NCBI GenBank assembly: GCA_051294375.1
Contig: CM119264.1
Span: 18,851,948-18,915,947 of the forward strand
Length of the DNA: 64,000 nucleotides
DNA from: Paraspadella gotoi
Lineage: Eukaryota > Animalia > Chaetognatha
Direction of reading: 5' to 3'
In this document: piece after piece, positions 24,950 to 39,843 of the stretch
How the letters are laid out: the number at the start of each line of letters is the position of its first letter
How positions within the stretch are numbered: the first letter of the stretch is position 1
Program-made: the position numbers and the translations under genes
Notes under the pieces: model-generated
Database searches by the model: none
What the model was told of the DNA's origin: nothing
What the model saw: only the letters and a program-made list of their open reading frames with translations

Positions 24950-26017
24950 CGCCCGCAACTATAGCAGCGGAGAAAACTTGAATTGGGATGGATTTCTTTC
25001 TCCTGACGACCCGATTGGCAAGAAATGGAAAGAATAGAAAGACGCCAGTGGTTATATAATATATATAATATTTTTAAGTACCGTGATTGTCTAATTCATT
25101 TTGTTTTTTAATTCGCAGTTAGTTTATTATAATTTTCATATAATTAATTTGTTTTACGCGGTAATAAAACATAGACAAGAACACAGATATCACTATACTT
25201 TTTAGATGGTAGAATTTTTAATGTTTTAAGATAGTTTTGTAGATCTTAATTTCATAAGATTGACTCCTTATCTTCTAATAGAAATAAGTTTTCCCCTCAT
25301 AGTCGTTTATGTTTTATCTTCAGTAAAATCAATTATTAAAAAAATCATTAAAAAATTCTTATTCAATATTCATATATTTTAAATTTTAAAGAAATATTTA
25401 TCATATTTAGCACATTAACTGGGAATTCATATGATGTCAAATGATTTTTCACTCCAATCAAAAACCTGCTCAAGAGAAAATTTTTTTAAATAATATTAAT
25501 ATGGGGCAAGTCAGATGAGAGAGCCTATGTAATTAAAAAATATATAATTTTTTTGAAAAATGAAACATGACATGAGTAAAATTAAAACTATCTTCTTTTA
25601 TTGCACATCATACTGAATGTTAACAACCACCTGTGTTTATTGTAAATGTTATCGATTCAGCCAAATCTGCTCTAAATTTCTCGTTATTTTTCTACACTAC
25701 CGAGCAAAGACGAATTGTTTTTGCACAGCCGTTGGGATCTTAAGCTAATCTCGCTCGGACTCCTTCCTGATGAGATTTCCTATCAGTGTTTGAGGTAAAT
25801 ACAGTTGGCCACTGGCCAGTGTCTGGACAGAAAGACGAGATGTTGCTTTATCAATGAACATGGGCTTTCGAATGAATACTGAACAAAAAATATTTGAACT
25901 TTAGAACGAAATCTCAATGAAACTCAATGAAAGCATAAATTGATTTATACTTTATAAATGATAAATGTGATAAATCTTTATCACATCGAATATCCTATTT
26001 TTAATTATATCTTCAAC

Positions 26018-26329
26018 GTACCCACAGGGGTGGTTCCTGGAGTAGCTATTGGACCCACCGTCTCAAAAAAAGATAAAGAAAATAAAAAGATTTTCGTTCA
26101 CGTGACTCCTCGTGCGAGAGATTCCTGCGAGTTCCTATGAGGACAACCGAGGAAGAAACAAAAGGTTTTTTCTTGGATTTTAGATGGCTGGCCCCAGAAC
26201 CTCAGTTTTGTGGTGGCGGAGACCCTTGGCTTAGTAGCCAGTTTAGTGGCTCCTGGGGTTAGTGACCGACGGGGTGATTTCACGGGTGTCTCGTAAGCCG
26301 TGAACTGGCGAACATTCACAAACATTCAC
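26018..26329 (+). mobile_element. Possible SINE/LINE 3' fragment
   Basis: A GC-rich island ends in a stem-loop (ttcacgg..ccgtgaa) followed by tandem AACATTCAC x2. This resembles the stem-loop plus short-repeat tails of CR1/L2-type retroposons. Confidence 0.35.
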
Positions 26330-26613
26330 GGCCTCGAAAAACGAGGGATGATGGGATTTTTTCGGGGTTCTTACTAATCGCCTTATCTGAAGACCTCTCT
26401 CTCGTTCTCTCTTTTTCGTCCTCGCAAAGTGTCTGCAGTTTGCGTTTTCAATCTTTCCCTCCTCTTTTAGCTTCATCAACCTTCTGTATGAAATCGATTT
26501 GTGAAGTTGGTTCGGCAAAGTCGCTTGTCTGTTGAATGTGGATGTCCGTGTTGCGTTTAAGCATGTGAAAATGTTTTATTGCGATAACGCGGAGCATCTT
26601 TCCATTTTTTATG

Positions 26614-26734
<121 letters not shown>

Positions 26735-27329
26735 CCCACTTCGCAAAACGAGACCCGAGGGGCCGAGATATAGAGTGAGAGGGACTTTCCCCTCTGCTCC
26801 CTTCGAACAATAGAACCAACTGTTTTCATAGCCTCATCTCAATCTCGCTCGTGAATGGAAAAATTTCCTTCTATATTTCTTTCCACTTATTCGTCCTTCT
26901 TTCCCTCTCCATCCTTCTCTCGCCTTTTTTTTTTCTTCTATGTCTTTTCTCTCTTCAGTCTCTTTTGTTTCTTTCATTCTTAAAAGTTTCTATCCTTCCA
27001 TTTCCCTCTTATAAACGATTTCCTTTGTGAGAGAAAAAACTTATCTTCGTCCTACATATTTATTTCTTTTGCGTCCCAATTTATTTTCTTCTTAGATTTC
27101 TGTTGGTTTTTCTTTCTTCCGTTTAAATTGTCTTCCACTTTTCTCATTTTATTTCTTTTATTTCTCTTTCACCGCTCTCCAAATTTTCCTTCTTCGTTTA
27201 CTTTCTCTCTCCTTTCCTTTCCCTCTATACCAAGTTATTTTTTCCCCTCTTTCATTCTTCCTTTCCAATTATAATTTCTTTCTCAGACTCTTTTTGCCTC
27301 TTAGTTCCTGACAGCATTCCTCAATTCGT

Positions 27330-27380
<51 letters not shown>

Positions 27381-27399
27381 CTTTGTGCACACGGATTTT

Positions 27400-30035
27400 G
27401 TTCCATTGAGTTCGAACGAAAAAGTCCCATTATTCCGCGATCAGGCGTCGTAGGCCTTCGCCGAGGTCTCCTCCCCTTTTTTTTTCTTTTTCTTTTTTCT
27501 TTCTTTTATCCGTCTCTCTCTCCCTCGCTCTTTCTCTCTTTCTCTCTTTCTCCTTCTCTCTCTCGCTCTCTCGCACTCGTCGTCTCTCTGCCCGTAAACC
27601 GTTGGACCCGTCGTTACTTTTATCGTCGTCGTTCCTATCTTTTGCTCCTCCCCAATCCGAGGAGAATGAGGACGAGAGGGAGGAGGAGGAGATAGAGATG
27701 AGGAGGATTGAGAGGATGAGGAGGAGGATGAGGAGGAAACGTTTGCAGTCGTTGTCGGTTGTTTACGATTTCAGTTCTTCTGCCTTCGCTGCTCGTAAAT
27801 TTCGAATGTGTCTTCATGATTATTTACAAGGGAGCGAAACGGCGTTAAAAATAAAATTATCGTCGACGGCGTGACGAAGACGACTCAATTCCCGCGGATC
27901 GTAAAAATAAAAAATAAACTTTTTTTTTTCCTTTCTCCCGGAATCGGAGTTTAGAACTCGTCTTCTAATCGCGGAAAACTACGGAGAGAGAGACACATAC
28001 CGAAAGAAAATCGATTTTTGTGTCAAAAACGGATTTTGTCTCTCACTCGGTGCTCGTCACTCTCCGACTGTCTCCCTCTCTCTCTTTCTGACTCAGCGAT
28101 AAATGAGGCTGTCGACTGCTAACTTTTTTGTGAAACAATGAAAAAATGTCTTTTGTGAAAATGTGAAAAAATTAACGTTTTATCTTTGGAGCGGCGTCCG
28201 CGACTTCGTAACCCCTTCGAATAAATAAAATGAATTCGCCGTTTAAATCTCGTCGGAAGACTCTTTGAAATAATTCACTGAAATGTGTCGACTTTCGATG
28301 AGTTGAGAAATAAACCGATAAAGATTTGGATTCGCCCACGAAATTCGCGGCGAAAAAAGAGGGAAAACAAAAGACATAAGGTTAGTTTTACGAAAAAAAT
28401 AATCTTCAGTGTTTCCTCTCTAAACAAATCGCTTTGCTTGTTTTAATATCGGCGTCACATGTTGGGGGAGTTGTTAACTTAAAGCGAAGGGGAGGGAATA
28501 CAGCGGATGACAGCTTAGATGTGATAAATCGGGCTTCTACTCCGGCCTCATCCGAAGTAGAAAACCTGTTTTCTTTGTCTCTCTGTTGTCCCCTTTGATG
28601 AATACTAGTATAACTTTTTCTTTTAACTATTTTTCACTTGCTAATTTCTTATTTTCTGTAAATTCTTTTCATTTACTTTTATTCCTTATGACCCTCCGCG
28701 TAAATTGAATATAATGCCCAAATAGTTTACCTTAATCAACAATTCTTCCGTTTTCTCATACTCGTTAATATTTCTTTTTTCATTTTTCGCTTTTTTTCTT
28801 TTTCTCCTTTATTTTTTTTTCCATATTTTCTTTTTCTCCCTCTTTTCCATCACACCATAAAGCCCTGCTTTAATAGTTGACGTTCTTAATTCAAAAAGCC
28901 TGCTTACTTTCTTTCCTCTTCCTCATCTCTTCCCCCCCATCCTCCATCGTCCCATATTGGCTCATTGCAGTCCCTTTCTTCGCCAGCTTAATTCTCATTG
29001 TTTCACCACGAAGCTAAGCAAACACAACGCTCGGTTCTTCGCATAACTTTAGCTATTCTTTCCGTCTTTAGAAAGAAAAACGGCTTGCATGTAAATTTTC
29101 ATTGTTGAAAAGACCGCTTGCGTTTGCTTCCCGATTTTCAACGAAATTCGCTTGTTCTTTTTTTTTTCCCCCCCCTTCTGCCTATAGGACGTTTGACGCA
29201 TTCATTCCATTTCCCGTTTCAAATCCTTCATCAAATTGGCTCTTCCTTCCATGACGCAACTGACGGGATCTTTTTCCGCGCGTTTTTAGATTTTGACTTT
29301 TACGACCGCGCGAAATGAACGGTGGTCTCTAAAATAAAATCATACCTAAAAAAAAAACAAAAACAAAAAAACTAAAACAATAACACTCGAACAAACCCAT
29401 TAGTTGAGCGCATTTTTAGTCAAGATTCGTTCTACTTTTTTAGTTTTTACCGACCACCCGATACCGCGTTTCCTCCCCCGTTCGAATATCTTTTCCGCCT
29501 TCCCGAACCCAATTCCGTCTTAGCTCTCTCCCCATGACGTCCGAACGTCCAGAATCTGACTCTGGCCCGCTGTTTTTCTAAACCCTGTTTTATCTTGCAG
29601 CCCTCCTTGTTTTCTTATACTCTGTTGTCTCGCCACTCCACTACTCCGACGCCTCCCGCCAAACTTCTCTCGGTTGGCCTCCGCCCTCCCCCCGACTCTC
29701 TTTCCTCGGCTCGGTTTTTTTTCCGATTTTTCTATTCCCCACCCTTCTCTCGTCCTTGTCTCTTACTTGGCTTTCCCACCACCCGTGTCCCCTTCGTAGG
29801 TTTTCACGCCTCTCATCCACAATATTCGATGAATATTATTCATATTTCCCTATCTCTTCTCTTCTCTTTCTTTTTCTCTTCTTATTAAATAATCTTTTTT
29901 TTCTCAGCCCCACACACCCAACACCCAAATCCCCCCTCCCCCCCCCAAGCGCGCCCCCCACGTTGACTTTTCCTCCCTTACCACGAAATCTCTCATCACC
30001 GAAAAATCAAACATTTTTTTTCTCTCTTCTTTCAG
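27400..30035 (+). promoter_or_regulatory. Putative frizzled promoter, 5' UTR exon and UTR intron
   Basis: A CpG/GA-rich island with an Inr-like TCAGTT near 27770, a donor-like AAG|GTTAGT at 28380/1, a strong acceptor tctcttctttcag at 30035, and a TCF/LEF-like CCTTTGATG at 28592. Inferred from motifs only. Confidence 0.3.
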
Positions 30036-30239
30036 ATTTTGGTGGACCGAGGACTCGAACCCCATCCTTCCCCTCTTCACACCCTCCACTACCACTCCCA
30101 TTTAAATGCCTCGCGAAGCGGGACTTGGTTAGAAAAACATTTCCCTCGCTCTCTCGCTCTTTTTCTCTCTCCAGCTTTTTCGAACCACGAAAAACTCGAA
30201 AATACTGTTTGTGTAAAAACTCTCGCTCTCACTTTGTGT

Positions 30240-33200
30240 ATGAGACACATGGAGAAGATGGCTGGATGTGGTACTGGGCGCTTGTCGAAAGACTCGAGCC
30301 TCATCTCGCTCTCCCTCGCTCCGGGCCCGTTCCCCCCGGCCCTCGAGGACCCCGCCCCTTCCTGTCCCGAGATTGAAAAACTACGACGTCAGCGACGGCG
30401 ACGACGCCCTTCGACCCCCGCCCACCGTGACTCTTCACTTCGTCGACTTCGACCGAAATCTGCGGCGAGTGAATCGACGACGGCGTCGAAATCGGCGTCG
30501 ACGACCTCATTCTTATCGACGTCCCTCGACCGTGCCGGAACTCACTCTTTTCGCTCCCCTTCACTCCTCTTCCCCCTGTTCATGCTGTTTCTCGTCCTTC
30601 TCCCTTCGCCCACCGTCGCCTGGCGTCAACGTCACCCCGAGCGGCGGCAGTGCGAGCACATCACGATCCCGATGTGTCGCGGCATCGGGTACAACCTCAC
30701 CTACATGCCGAATCAATTCAACCACGAGACTCAAGAGGAGGCCGGGCTGGAGGTGCACCAATTCTGGCCGCTGGTGGAGATTCAATGCTCCCCCCATCTC
30801 CGCTTCTTCCTCTGCTCAATGTACGCACCCATCTGTATCCCCAACTACGTCAAACCCTTGCCGGCTTGCAGGTAAAAACGTCAAAGAATAGAAATTGACT
30901 TGGCTTTGTTATGTAAGTAAGGTGTTAGTATTACTGATTAGCGGTAATGGTCAGTTTCAAAATTTTGTTTAACATTAATGTTATCCATAGAGATACGGTT
31001 AACAATTAATATGTACGTATACCAGCAGCAACCATTTTGTATTAATAATAAAAACTACAAAAAAGCTAAATATATTATACCTTAAAGCGTATTATAATTA
31101 AATATGCCGCCCAGTCTTCTATCAGAGTAGATATCTTCTTGGTCGTCGTGGGTGTTCCGAAAAATGTTGCAGGCGGGGAATCTCAAGACGCTTCCGCGCG
31201 AATGCGAAAAATTCCCCCCGTTTCCGATTTCGCTACATTTTTTTTCTCGCAAAACTTATTCTTGGAAAAATAAAAGTAGATGTATATATTTTTTTTTGGA
31301 GAATCCCACTCGATGCTAAAGGGTCAAATCACGAAATATTCTTCAACGCAAAAAAGAAATATTTTTTATATTTTTCTTCCGATTCATTATTTTAGCAATA
31401 TTTTTGCGGGGTTTATCCAGAGTGGTTCGGATTATCCGTCCACCTTTCATCACATATTTTGGCAATAAAAAATTAGAACTTGCTGCCCGATTCCTCTTCC
31501 GCCTCCGCACGTGTGTAGCCGATTCGGCTGGGGGAAAGTATCTGATCAAGGAAAAAACCAGACAAGTAATACTTTGTGTTTTTTTCTAAGGGAAAGTGGC
31601 AAAAATAGCGCGAAATCGGGAACATCTTTCCTGGGTTTTTTTTTTGGCGAAAAAAGTCTATTTTTCACCCACAGAAAATAAAAAAAAAATTTCTGGTTGA
31701 TTCCCAAAATAACGAGTTCTTCGTGAATAAACAAAGAAAGTTTTTATTTGGGAAAAAAAAGGAAAAACCGGAGAAGAGAGAGGGAGGAGAACATCTCGCA
31801 TATTTCGTGAAAGAGAGAGATTTCTTGCTGCAAAAATATTCTGACCCCTTCGCACTCCAGGGGCCCCCGAGGGAAGATGTTCTCGAGGTTTCCACTCTTT
31901 TCTTACTAATTGAACCAATCATTATCCAAACTTGTCCTGGGGGAAACTTCCAGCCCGGAGGGGGTGGTTGGGGATAAAAAAGGGGGTCAGGCAGTGGAAG
32001 ACGGGAAGGGGGTATAGAGAGAGAGGGTCGATAACTCGACGCAATAATGCGAGGGGGTTTGAAAACGGGGTTCGAGTGGGAGGAAAAGGAGGGGCAGAGT
32101 ACATAAGATGAAAAAAAATGTTGGAAGAGATCGAAGGGGAGGAGGAACGAATCGGATACACAGGAAGTGAGAGTGAATAAAGATGGAGAATTAAAAAAGA
32201 ATTCGAGGAATAGAAAAAAAGATGGATGGAGAGAGTTACAGAGATAATATGGGGACTTGCTTAGAAGGGTAAGGACTGAAGAGAGTTGAATGAAAAATCC
32301 AAAAAAGGAAAGTTAAGTGTGAAATATGATATATCGTGTTGTACAGCTTTTATTTTGTAAGAAGTTGTTAGTAAGAATAAGGAAATCGGGAAGCTAAAGG
32401 AATTATAGTGAGAAAAAACTTTGAAGCGAAGATTGAGTTGCTCATCGGCGGACCCGAAGCCTTCGACTTGGGATCGATCGTGTTCGTCGATCTCTAATCC
32501 TCTATACACCCCATTTTACATAATCAAAACATTGAAAAATCCCTCTCGGGGATTTTCTTTTTTCTTTTTTTTTTTTGCCTAGGGAATTCCCCTCAGACTT
32601 CATAATTTCTCTTTTATTTGTGTACATTTGTTGCTCCCTTCTTCGTGAGAGAAGAGGGAAAGAGCGATCGAGAGAGAGAGAGACTGAGAACGACCATCGC
32701 GTTACTTAGATGAAATTAATTGGTTTTAATGAACGTCGGTGTTGAAGTTAAAGTCGAGAAATGCTACTCGTTATTGAAATAAATTAGTTCCGCGATAGAG
32801 AGCGAGAGAACGAGAGAGAGCAAGAAAAAGTGAGTGTAAAAACTTTTTTTTTTTGCTCGTAGCTGTGGAGTGAGGGAGGGGATAGAAGAGGCGGAAAGGC
32901 AGTGCTGAGAGAAGGGGGGGGGAAATCTGAGGGGGAAGTCATGGTGGTCGAAAGGAGATATGGTAGTGGATGATGGGTGAGTTGGGAAGCGAAGCTCGAC
33001 GAACTTGGTGGTTTTCAGGGTTTGGGAATTGTATTTGCAATCTGGAGAGTCGTTCAAGCGAGGAAAGAGGGGGGGGAGAAAAAGAAGAAAACTCTCGGGG
33101 TCATCCAGCGAGGAACTGATCACTGATCATTGTTCACGGGATCAAGTTTTATGGGGGGAACCGTGGGTCTCTTTTCGCGAGGGAGTTTCGAACGAGGACG

Positions 33201-33469
33201 AAAAATCGAGTGGTCTTCAAATCCAAGGATCGGTTTTCGGTCGAAAGCGGGGAAAGGGGTGAAGAGATATCGATGGGCGATGGACGGTGAAGAAAAGGCT
33301 TCCTTGGTGATTCGGTGATTCGGTGAGGCTGGCTGGTGGTTATCCCGATTGGTAGCGATTTGGTACAAGAGTAGTGGGGAAAGAAAAAAGAACGAGAGAG
33401 ATAATCCCACCATCGGTACTCGGAAAAATCTTTCAGGGTTAAGAGGCATCTGCGTGTCTTTTTTCGAGT

Positions 33470-33524
<55 letters not shown>

Positions 33525-35835
33525 CCTCTTATCTTTCGCTATCTCTCTTTTTCTGTAAACTGTAGGTTTTTCTTGCTGCCCGGTTCAAATTCTGAGCCCT
33601 TCATGTTATTATTAATTAGTGCTCAATTTAGATTTCCTTGCCATTTTTTTTATTTCAAGAAGACGAAGGAAATTTTTTTTTTTTTGCCCCTCCTCGATTT
33701 TATTCGCGAGTTTTAATATTAATTCTATTGAGTTTTAAAATAAAATTTAACGATGAGAGAATAAGAAAAGGATATCGGAGGAGAAAATTTGAGCGTGTTT
33801 TTCTCTCGCAGAAAAATCATTTATTGCTAGATCAAGTCAAAAAATCCTAGACCTGCAATTTTTCTCTCCGGTGGGTGGGGGGGGGGAAGAACCCGTTAAG
33901 GAGAGGTGCACGAAAAGGCAGAATTGGAAAAAAAATATAGAGAAACAAAATGTCATCCATCATTTTTCTTCCAAATTTTTTCGGGTCGCTGATTCGAAGG
34001 AGAAAATGAATAAAGGGTGGACAAAAAAAGTGAATAATCCATTGCATTTTCTGTTCGAGAAAATATTTTTTGGTATATTTTATAGGTTGCTAAAGAGTGA
34101 TGATTGTTTTGGCATTGAAAAACCGTAACTGCCAAAATATCTGGCAATTTTTTTATTTTTATTAAAGTAACTCTCATTGCAAAAAATTACTCTTTATTAA
34201 ATTCAGAACGATCCTACATTTTATAATCCCTAAATGGGGAAAAACGATTTTTTTCAATTTATTATCTAAATAAGTTGATTTAAAAGACTGAAAATATTAT
34301 TATTTTTGACATCTTGTTTTGTAGCTATGCGATTTAAACTCTTTTTTTTCTCCTTCAGAAACGTCTGCGAACAGGCGAAGCAAGGCTGCGCGCCCATAAT
34401 GCGACAATACGGGTTCGCCTGGCCGGAGCGAATGAATTGCGACGGTCTCCCCGAATATGGAGACTCCAACAACCTCTGCATGGGTTGGGAGTACAACGCC
34501 ACCAACGATGGTTCTACTCCTCCGCCAAACGTTGCAGGCGGCGGGGCCACCCCGCCCTCGCCCTCCGGCGGCGCCGCTGGCGGTTCTGGCGGCGAGTCGG
34601 ACAGCGCCGGAAAGTGTAGGTGCAGTTGCCGCGACAACCTGGTCCCCCTGACTCGAGAGGATCACGCAGAAGTGTTTGACCGCGGGATCGTGACTGGTTC
34701 CGTGCCCAACTGCGCCAAGCCCTGTCGCTCGATGTACTTCAACGACGATGAACGAGCTTTCGTGTCTTTCTGGATTGGCCTGTGGGCGATCCTCTGCGGC
34801 CTCTCCACCCTCCTCACATGCCTCACTTTCTTCATCGACATGGAGAGGTTCCAGTATCCGGAGCGGCCTATAATTTTCATGTCCGGCTGCTACCTGATGG
34901 TCAGTGTCGGCTACGTGGTCCGCCTGGCGGTCGGTCACCAAGAGATCGCCTGTTCAGGTGATATCGTCCGCTACAACGCCACCGGCCCCGCCATATGCAC
35001 ATGCGTCTTTATCCTCATCTACTTCTTTGGCATGGCAGCCTGCATCTGGTGGGTATGCCTCTCATTCACCTGGTTCCTGGCCGCGGGTTTAAAATGGGGC
35101 TCCGAGGCCATCGCCTCCTACTCTCAGTATTTCCACCTGGCCGCCTGGTTTCTGCCCGCCGTGAAGACAGTGGCCGTGCTGGCGATGTCCTCAGTGGACG
35201 GGGATCCCGTTAGCGGCATCTGCTACGTGGGCAACCAGGACGTTGGCAACTTGCGGGGATTCGTTCTGGCGCCGCATTGCGTATACCTCGTCGTTGGCAT
35301 CCTCTTCCTCCTCGCCGGCTTCGTCTCCCTCTTCCGCATCCGCAGCGTGATCAAGCGCCAGGGCCATGGCCGAACCGACAAGTTGGAAAAACTCATGATC
35401 CGCATCGGCATCTTTACGGTTTTGTATACCGTACCGGCCTCCATCGTCATCGCCTGCCTCTTCTACGAACAGTACTACCGCGAGGCTTGGGAACACGCAA
35501 AGACTTGCTCGTGCGACGACGACGCCTCCGCTCTCGACGCTGTCACCGCCGCGGCTCCGCTTTCGCGACGGCCTCTACGGCCTGACTATGCCGTCTTTAT
35601 GCTCAAGTACTTCATGTGCCTGGTAGTCGGCATTACGTCGGGCTTTTGGATTTGGTCCGGCAAGACGGTCGAGTCTTGGCGAAAGTTCTACATGGGCAGC
35701 GTGTGCCGTCGAGGCGGCGAAGACTGCGCCCGTGTCGCCGGCGGTCCAAACTCTCCGTCGCCAGCACATCAGCTGCTCTACTGCAAGAGCATCACCCCGC
35801 CACCCTCAAAGAATCTGCCCGTTAGTCACGTTTGA
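30240..35835 (+). CDS. fzd5/8: Frizzled 5/8 Wnt receptor; exons 30240 (or 30582)-30871 and 34359-35835
   Basis: CRD sequence [47 protein letters not shown], continued after one intron by [23 protein letters not shown]. The 7TM region has [10 protein letters not shown] and [13 protein letters not shown], followed by KTVESW (KTxxxW) and a C-terminal VSHV PDZ ligand typical of Fz5/8. Confidence 0.96.
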
Positions 35836-38800
35836 GAGGAAAGCCTTAAGTTGAGCGCCCACTGCCCACTTCCCAGTGCCCACCTTTTCCCTATTTTGGC
35901 CTCCTTACCTTTGATCCTAGAATAACCCTTACTTTCCCTTTTTTTTTACTTCTTGCCACTTTTTTCTAGTTCTAATATCCGGTGCTTTTTGCCCAATTTT
36001 GTTTCCCTTTTTCGCTCCTCTTACGAAAGCCTCAATCCCTCCTTATCCCTAATATAAGCTATGAACACTGTTTATTGCCTTTTAATTAATGATTATTATT
36101 ATTATGGTACTACAAATGAGTTTCAAATTCTCACAATAATGAAAATACATAATTTTTCCAAGATATCCAGTTATTCTTCCATGCTTCCACACAGGGTTTA
36201 TCATTCGTCTCGTTGTGGTATTATTTTTCATTTCATGAAAGTCTGCTCCGATCCGTACAGACAACTTAAAAACTTTCTTTGATCATCAGTTTAAAATGCG
36301 TACAGGCTCCTGTACAGGGTACAATATCCAGATTTTAAACCCAATTTGCTAGATTTGTTTTAATGTTTGCCTTTTAGTTTATTTTTAATTATTATTATTA
36401 TTATTTGTCTGAATGTTTGTATGTTTGTGATCTGTCATGCGTCTCATTGAAGCTGTTTAATCGAAAATTCAGGGTGCAGAAATGTTTTCGACTAGATAAA
36501 TGTGATAGTTAGAATAAATGTCACTATATATTATATTGTTGATGCTTGATCTTTGTAATGTGGTCAAAAAGAGAGACTTTGCCTTTGAAAATTTCCTTTG
36601 AAAATTATAAGCACTGGCCACTCGCCCACAATTCTGTGATAAATAAGTTTTTAAAAGAGAATGTAAATAGTGATGTTTTTGTTTTTAAGAAGTAGTAATT
36701 TTGTAAATAGACGCATTTTTACTTTCATGCTCACTAATACTCCAATTCGATTCGATTATCAAAAACCAATTTTCGAGGTTGTTTGCATTAAATACGTACA
36801 CTACAAACCAATTCAGTGCCACTTTATCGCATTTGTTGGCTCCAAAGATTACTTTTACTCTTTCTTCCCCCAATCCTTTTTCTAATACCTTCTCTCGGTC
36901 CTCGCTCTCCTTCCATTCTTACCCATCCATTCAATTTCTCGTTTTGACTCTCTTTGCCTTTACAGCACAAAAAAAAACAAAACAAACTAAAAGTGGTATT
37001 TAAAACAGTTTTTCGTGTTATTGAATGTTTTTTGTAGTTTTTAGAATTGTATGTATAAATAAGCTGTTAGTCGCTTTTTGTCGCATTGGCATTTCTTAAG
37101 CCCTACAAATCAACGAGGTCTTTATTTTAATTATTCAATCATCTTCAATATTATTCTAGCCAATTTTTTTAAAAAAGTTTTTACTCGAATAATAAAATTA
37201 ATGGAACTTCTCGAAGGGTTTGATTTTTGCTTTGATAACATCCGGCCAACGGTAGGAAGGCATCATTAATCACAGCTACTTTACGTATATCAGCTTTTTT
37301 TTTGTCGATATCTTCTTCCACTCTTTGACATGAGAGGAACTTTGTCAAAAAGGAGATCAAGAGATATGTGATAATTGAAATAAACGTAATAGACTAAAGA
37401 GTAGCAGTTTATAAAATAGTATAGAAGAGAGGGTCGCCTGTTACCTCAAAGAAGTATTAATCGTGATTCGTTACTACTTACCTTCGACGACAGCAACATC
37501 TAGAACAATCCAACCTCACGGTCATTTTCAAAAAAAAATTAAAATAAAAACTTTTAGATATAAGATAGATACGACGAATAAAACCAACGAAGAATAGTTA
37601 CTGGCAATTTGAATAATGCATACTCTATTATAATGAACGATATTTTTACTATACAATACAATTGAATCTTAAATGTAAATTTTCTCGCCCAATAAGTAAT
37701 GAAGGACCCACACTTCGATGCGCTGCTCTCTTCGATCTTTTCGAATGCAGTGATTTCGCCAAAAACGATATTCTCGGCGAAGGATAGGGCGAAAGCTCGA
37801 GTCAGCTCCGCCGTTTGCACCTTTGGATGGCAGAAAAGGAGTTAAACCTCACAAATTATAACCTCAGAACAGATTTCTAGCCTTCGCTCCAAAAAAAAGT
37901 TCGATCCCCTCAAGTTCCACTTGGCAGCTTAGAGATCGGGGCCAAGCGTCGTCCTCGTCGTCGTCTTCTCCGCCGTCGCCGGCCTGCCTCCGCTATTATT
38001 ATAATCCCCTCATTACAAGAGATTACGAGGACAATGCTGTTTCTTAATTCTTCCAAAACGACAAGGGGAAAAAAAAAAGTCCACCACCCCGGATGATAAG
38101 GAGAAATTGGGATGGTGGCACATTGAAGGGTTGGCCATATTACTTCTTTATTTCTTAATTTTTAAAAAGCTTATAAAAATCTTACCGTCATAAGACCTAA
38201 CAAGATATGGTTTAATATTCGCCGATTCCGTCTTGGTGGTCCTTAAGCATTTTTTCACTACTTTGAATAAATAAATTTTTCATCTTCAAAAGTAAATAAA
38301 TTTTTTTGGGGGGTTTGTTCCTTATATTTGCGAAAAAATGGCAGTTTCACGGAGAAATAAAAAGGGTTTTAGTGAAAAATGAGACCGTAAGTTGAAAAGA
38401 TTTTAATTTTTCATGAACATCGGTTCGTTTACTCTCAATACACGACCAAAAAAATCACAGGTTTCGTCAGAGTGCCGCAAAAAATTGGAAAAAAAAGTTT
38501 AGTATTTTTTGCCTCGTATTTTTCACCCTGACAGATTTTCCTTTTCCGTTCTCTTTTCTTTTTTTTTGGTTTCTTTTTTGTTCCATTGTTTCTCTCCTTC
38601 TCCCTCTCTCCGTCTTTTATTTCATTGAGTTGCGCTACTTTCCGTCGACCTCCTTAAAGATCGAATTTATCTTTGTCGTTTAACTTCTCTACGCTCCGCC
38701 GAATTCGAACAGAACGCCTTCGACCTCTCTTTCTCTTCTCTTTCTCGTTCTCTCCTCTCTTCCCTCTCTTCTCTTCCATTCCACATTAAGGGAGCCTAAT

Positions 38801-39440
38801 GGAACCCTCGTCCTTCCTCATCCTCTTCTCTCTCCCATCGGCTTAAGCCGGGCGGTCCTTCTGGGCCCCTATCCTTCTTTCCCTCCCTGTTCTCGAATTA
38901 GTTTTTTGTTTGTCTCTCTCCTTTTACTTTTCTTTTCCCTCATTCTGAGTGAGCTTAGCCTTAGCCTTAGGAATATACCCCGTGTCAGCCTAAGCCGATC
39001 CATACCTCTCTTCTCCTCTCCCCTATAATTGGTTTAGGACAAGGGTTGGGTTTTTCATTTTTATTATGCTTATTAAGCTTAAGGATTTCATCAAGCCAGG
39101 CTCAGCAATGTTTTATTTTATATTTTTAATCGCGTAGGTATGTATTTATTGTTTGATCCTTATAAATCTTGATATTTTTTGACAAAGTTGAGGAATGACA
39201 TAGTAAATGTTACAAGTTATGCCTTTTACTATACTTTAATACTTTAATTCCATGCAAAGTTTTGATGTATTATAAACCAAGAAAGAGAGAGAAGCGAAAG
39301 ATTTCCTTGTTTAGGTAAATCTCTTTCAGCCCTTTCCAGTCATCAGTCAACCTTCAAGTCTATTCACTGAACTGAAGCAATGTCATTGATAAATGGATTT
39401 TTTCTTTTCTTTCTTTCAGTTGCCAAGCTGCCCTGCGATT

Positions 39441-39498
<58 letters not shown>

Positions 39499-39762
39499 AC
39501 TTTGCGTAATTCTATATCATGCTTCCTCAAGAGTTATTTTTATTTTTATCAAATTATGTTTTAGAAATAAAGTGCACGATTTTTTTAACTGAAAGTTGAA
39601 GGTGAATCGAAGCAATAGTTTTGTTTTATCAGTTCCCTTCGCCTCAATGCAAACGTTATCAATCATACTTAGCTCGGACTCTCCTGTCATACGATCGTCA
39701 ATTTCGATACAGCAAATTTTTGACAATCGCTGGAGACGGTGTTCACCTCGTTAACTATATTC

Positions 39763-39843
<81 letters not shown>

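Noticed and set aside
34266-35825. Antisense and alternate-frame ORFs over frizzled (and over the kinases and KDM5)
   Set aside because: Expected shadows of GC-rich coding sequence, with no independent motifs.
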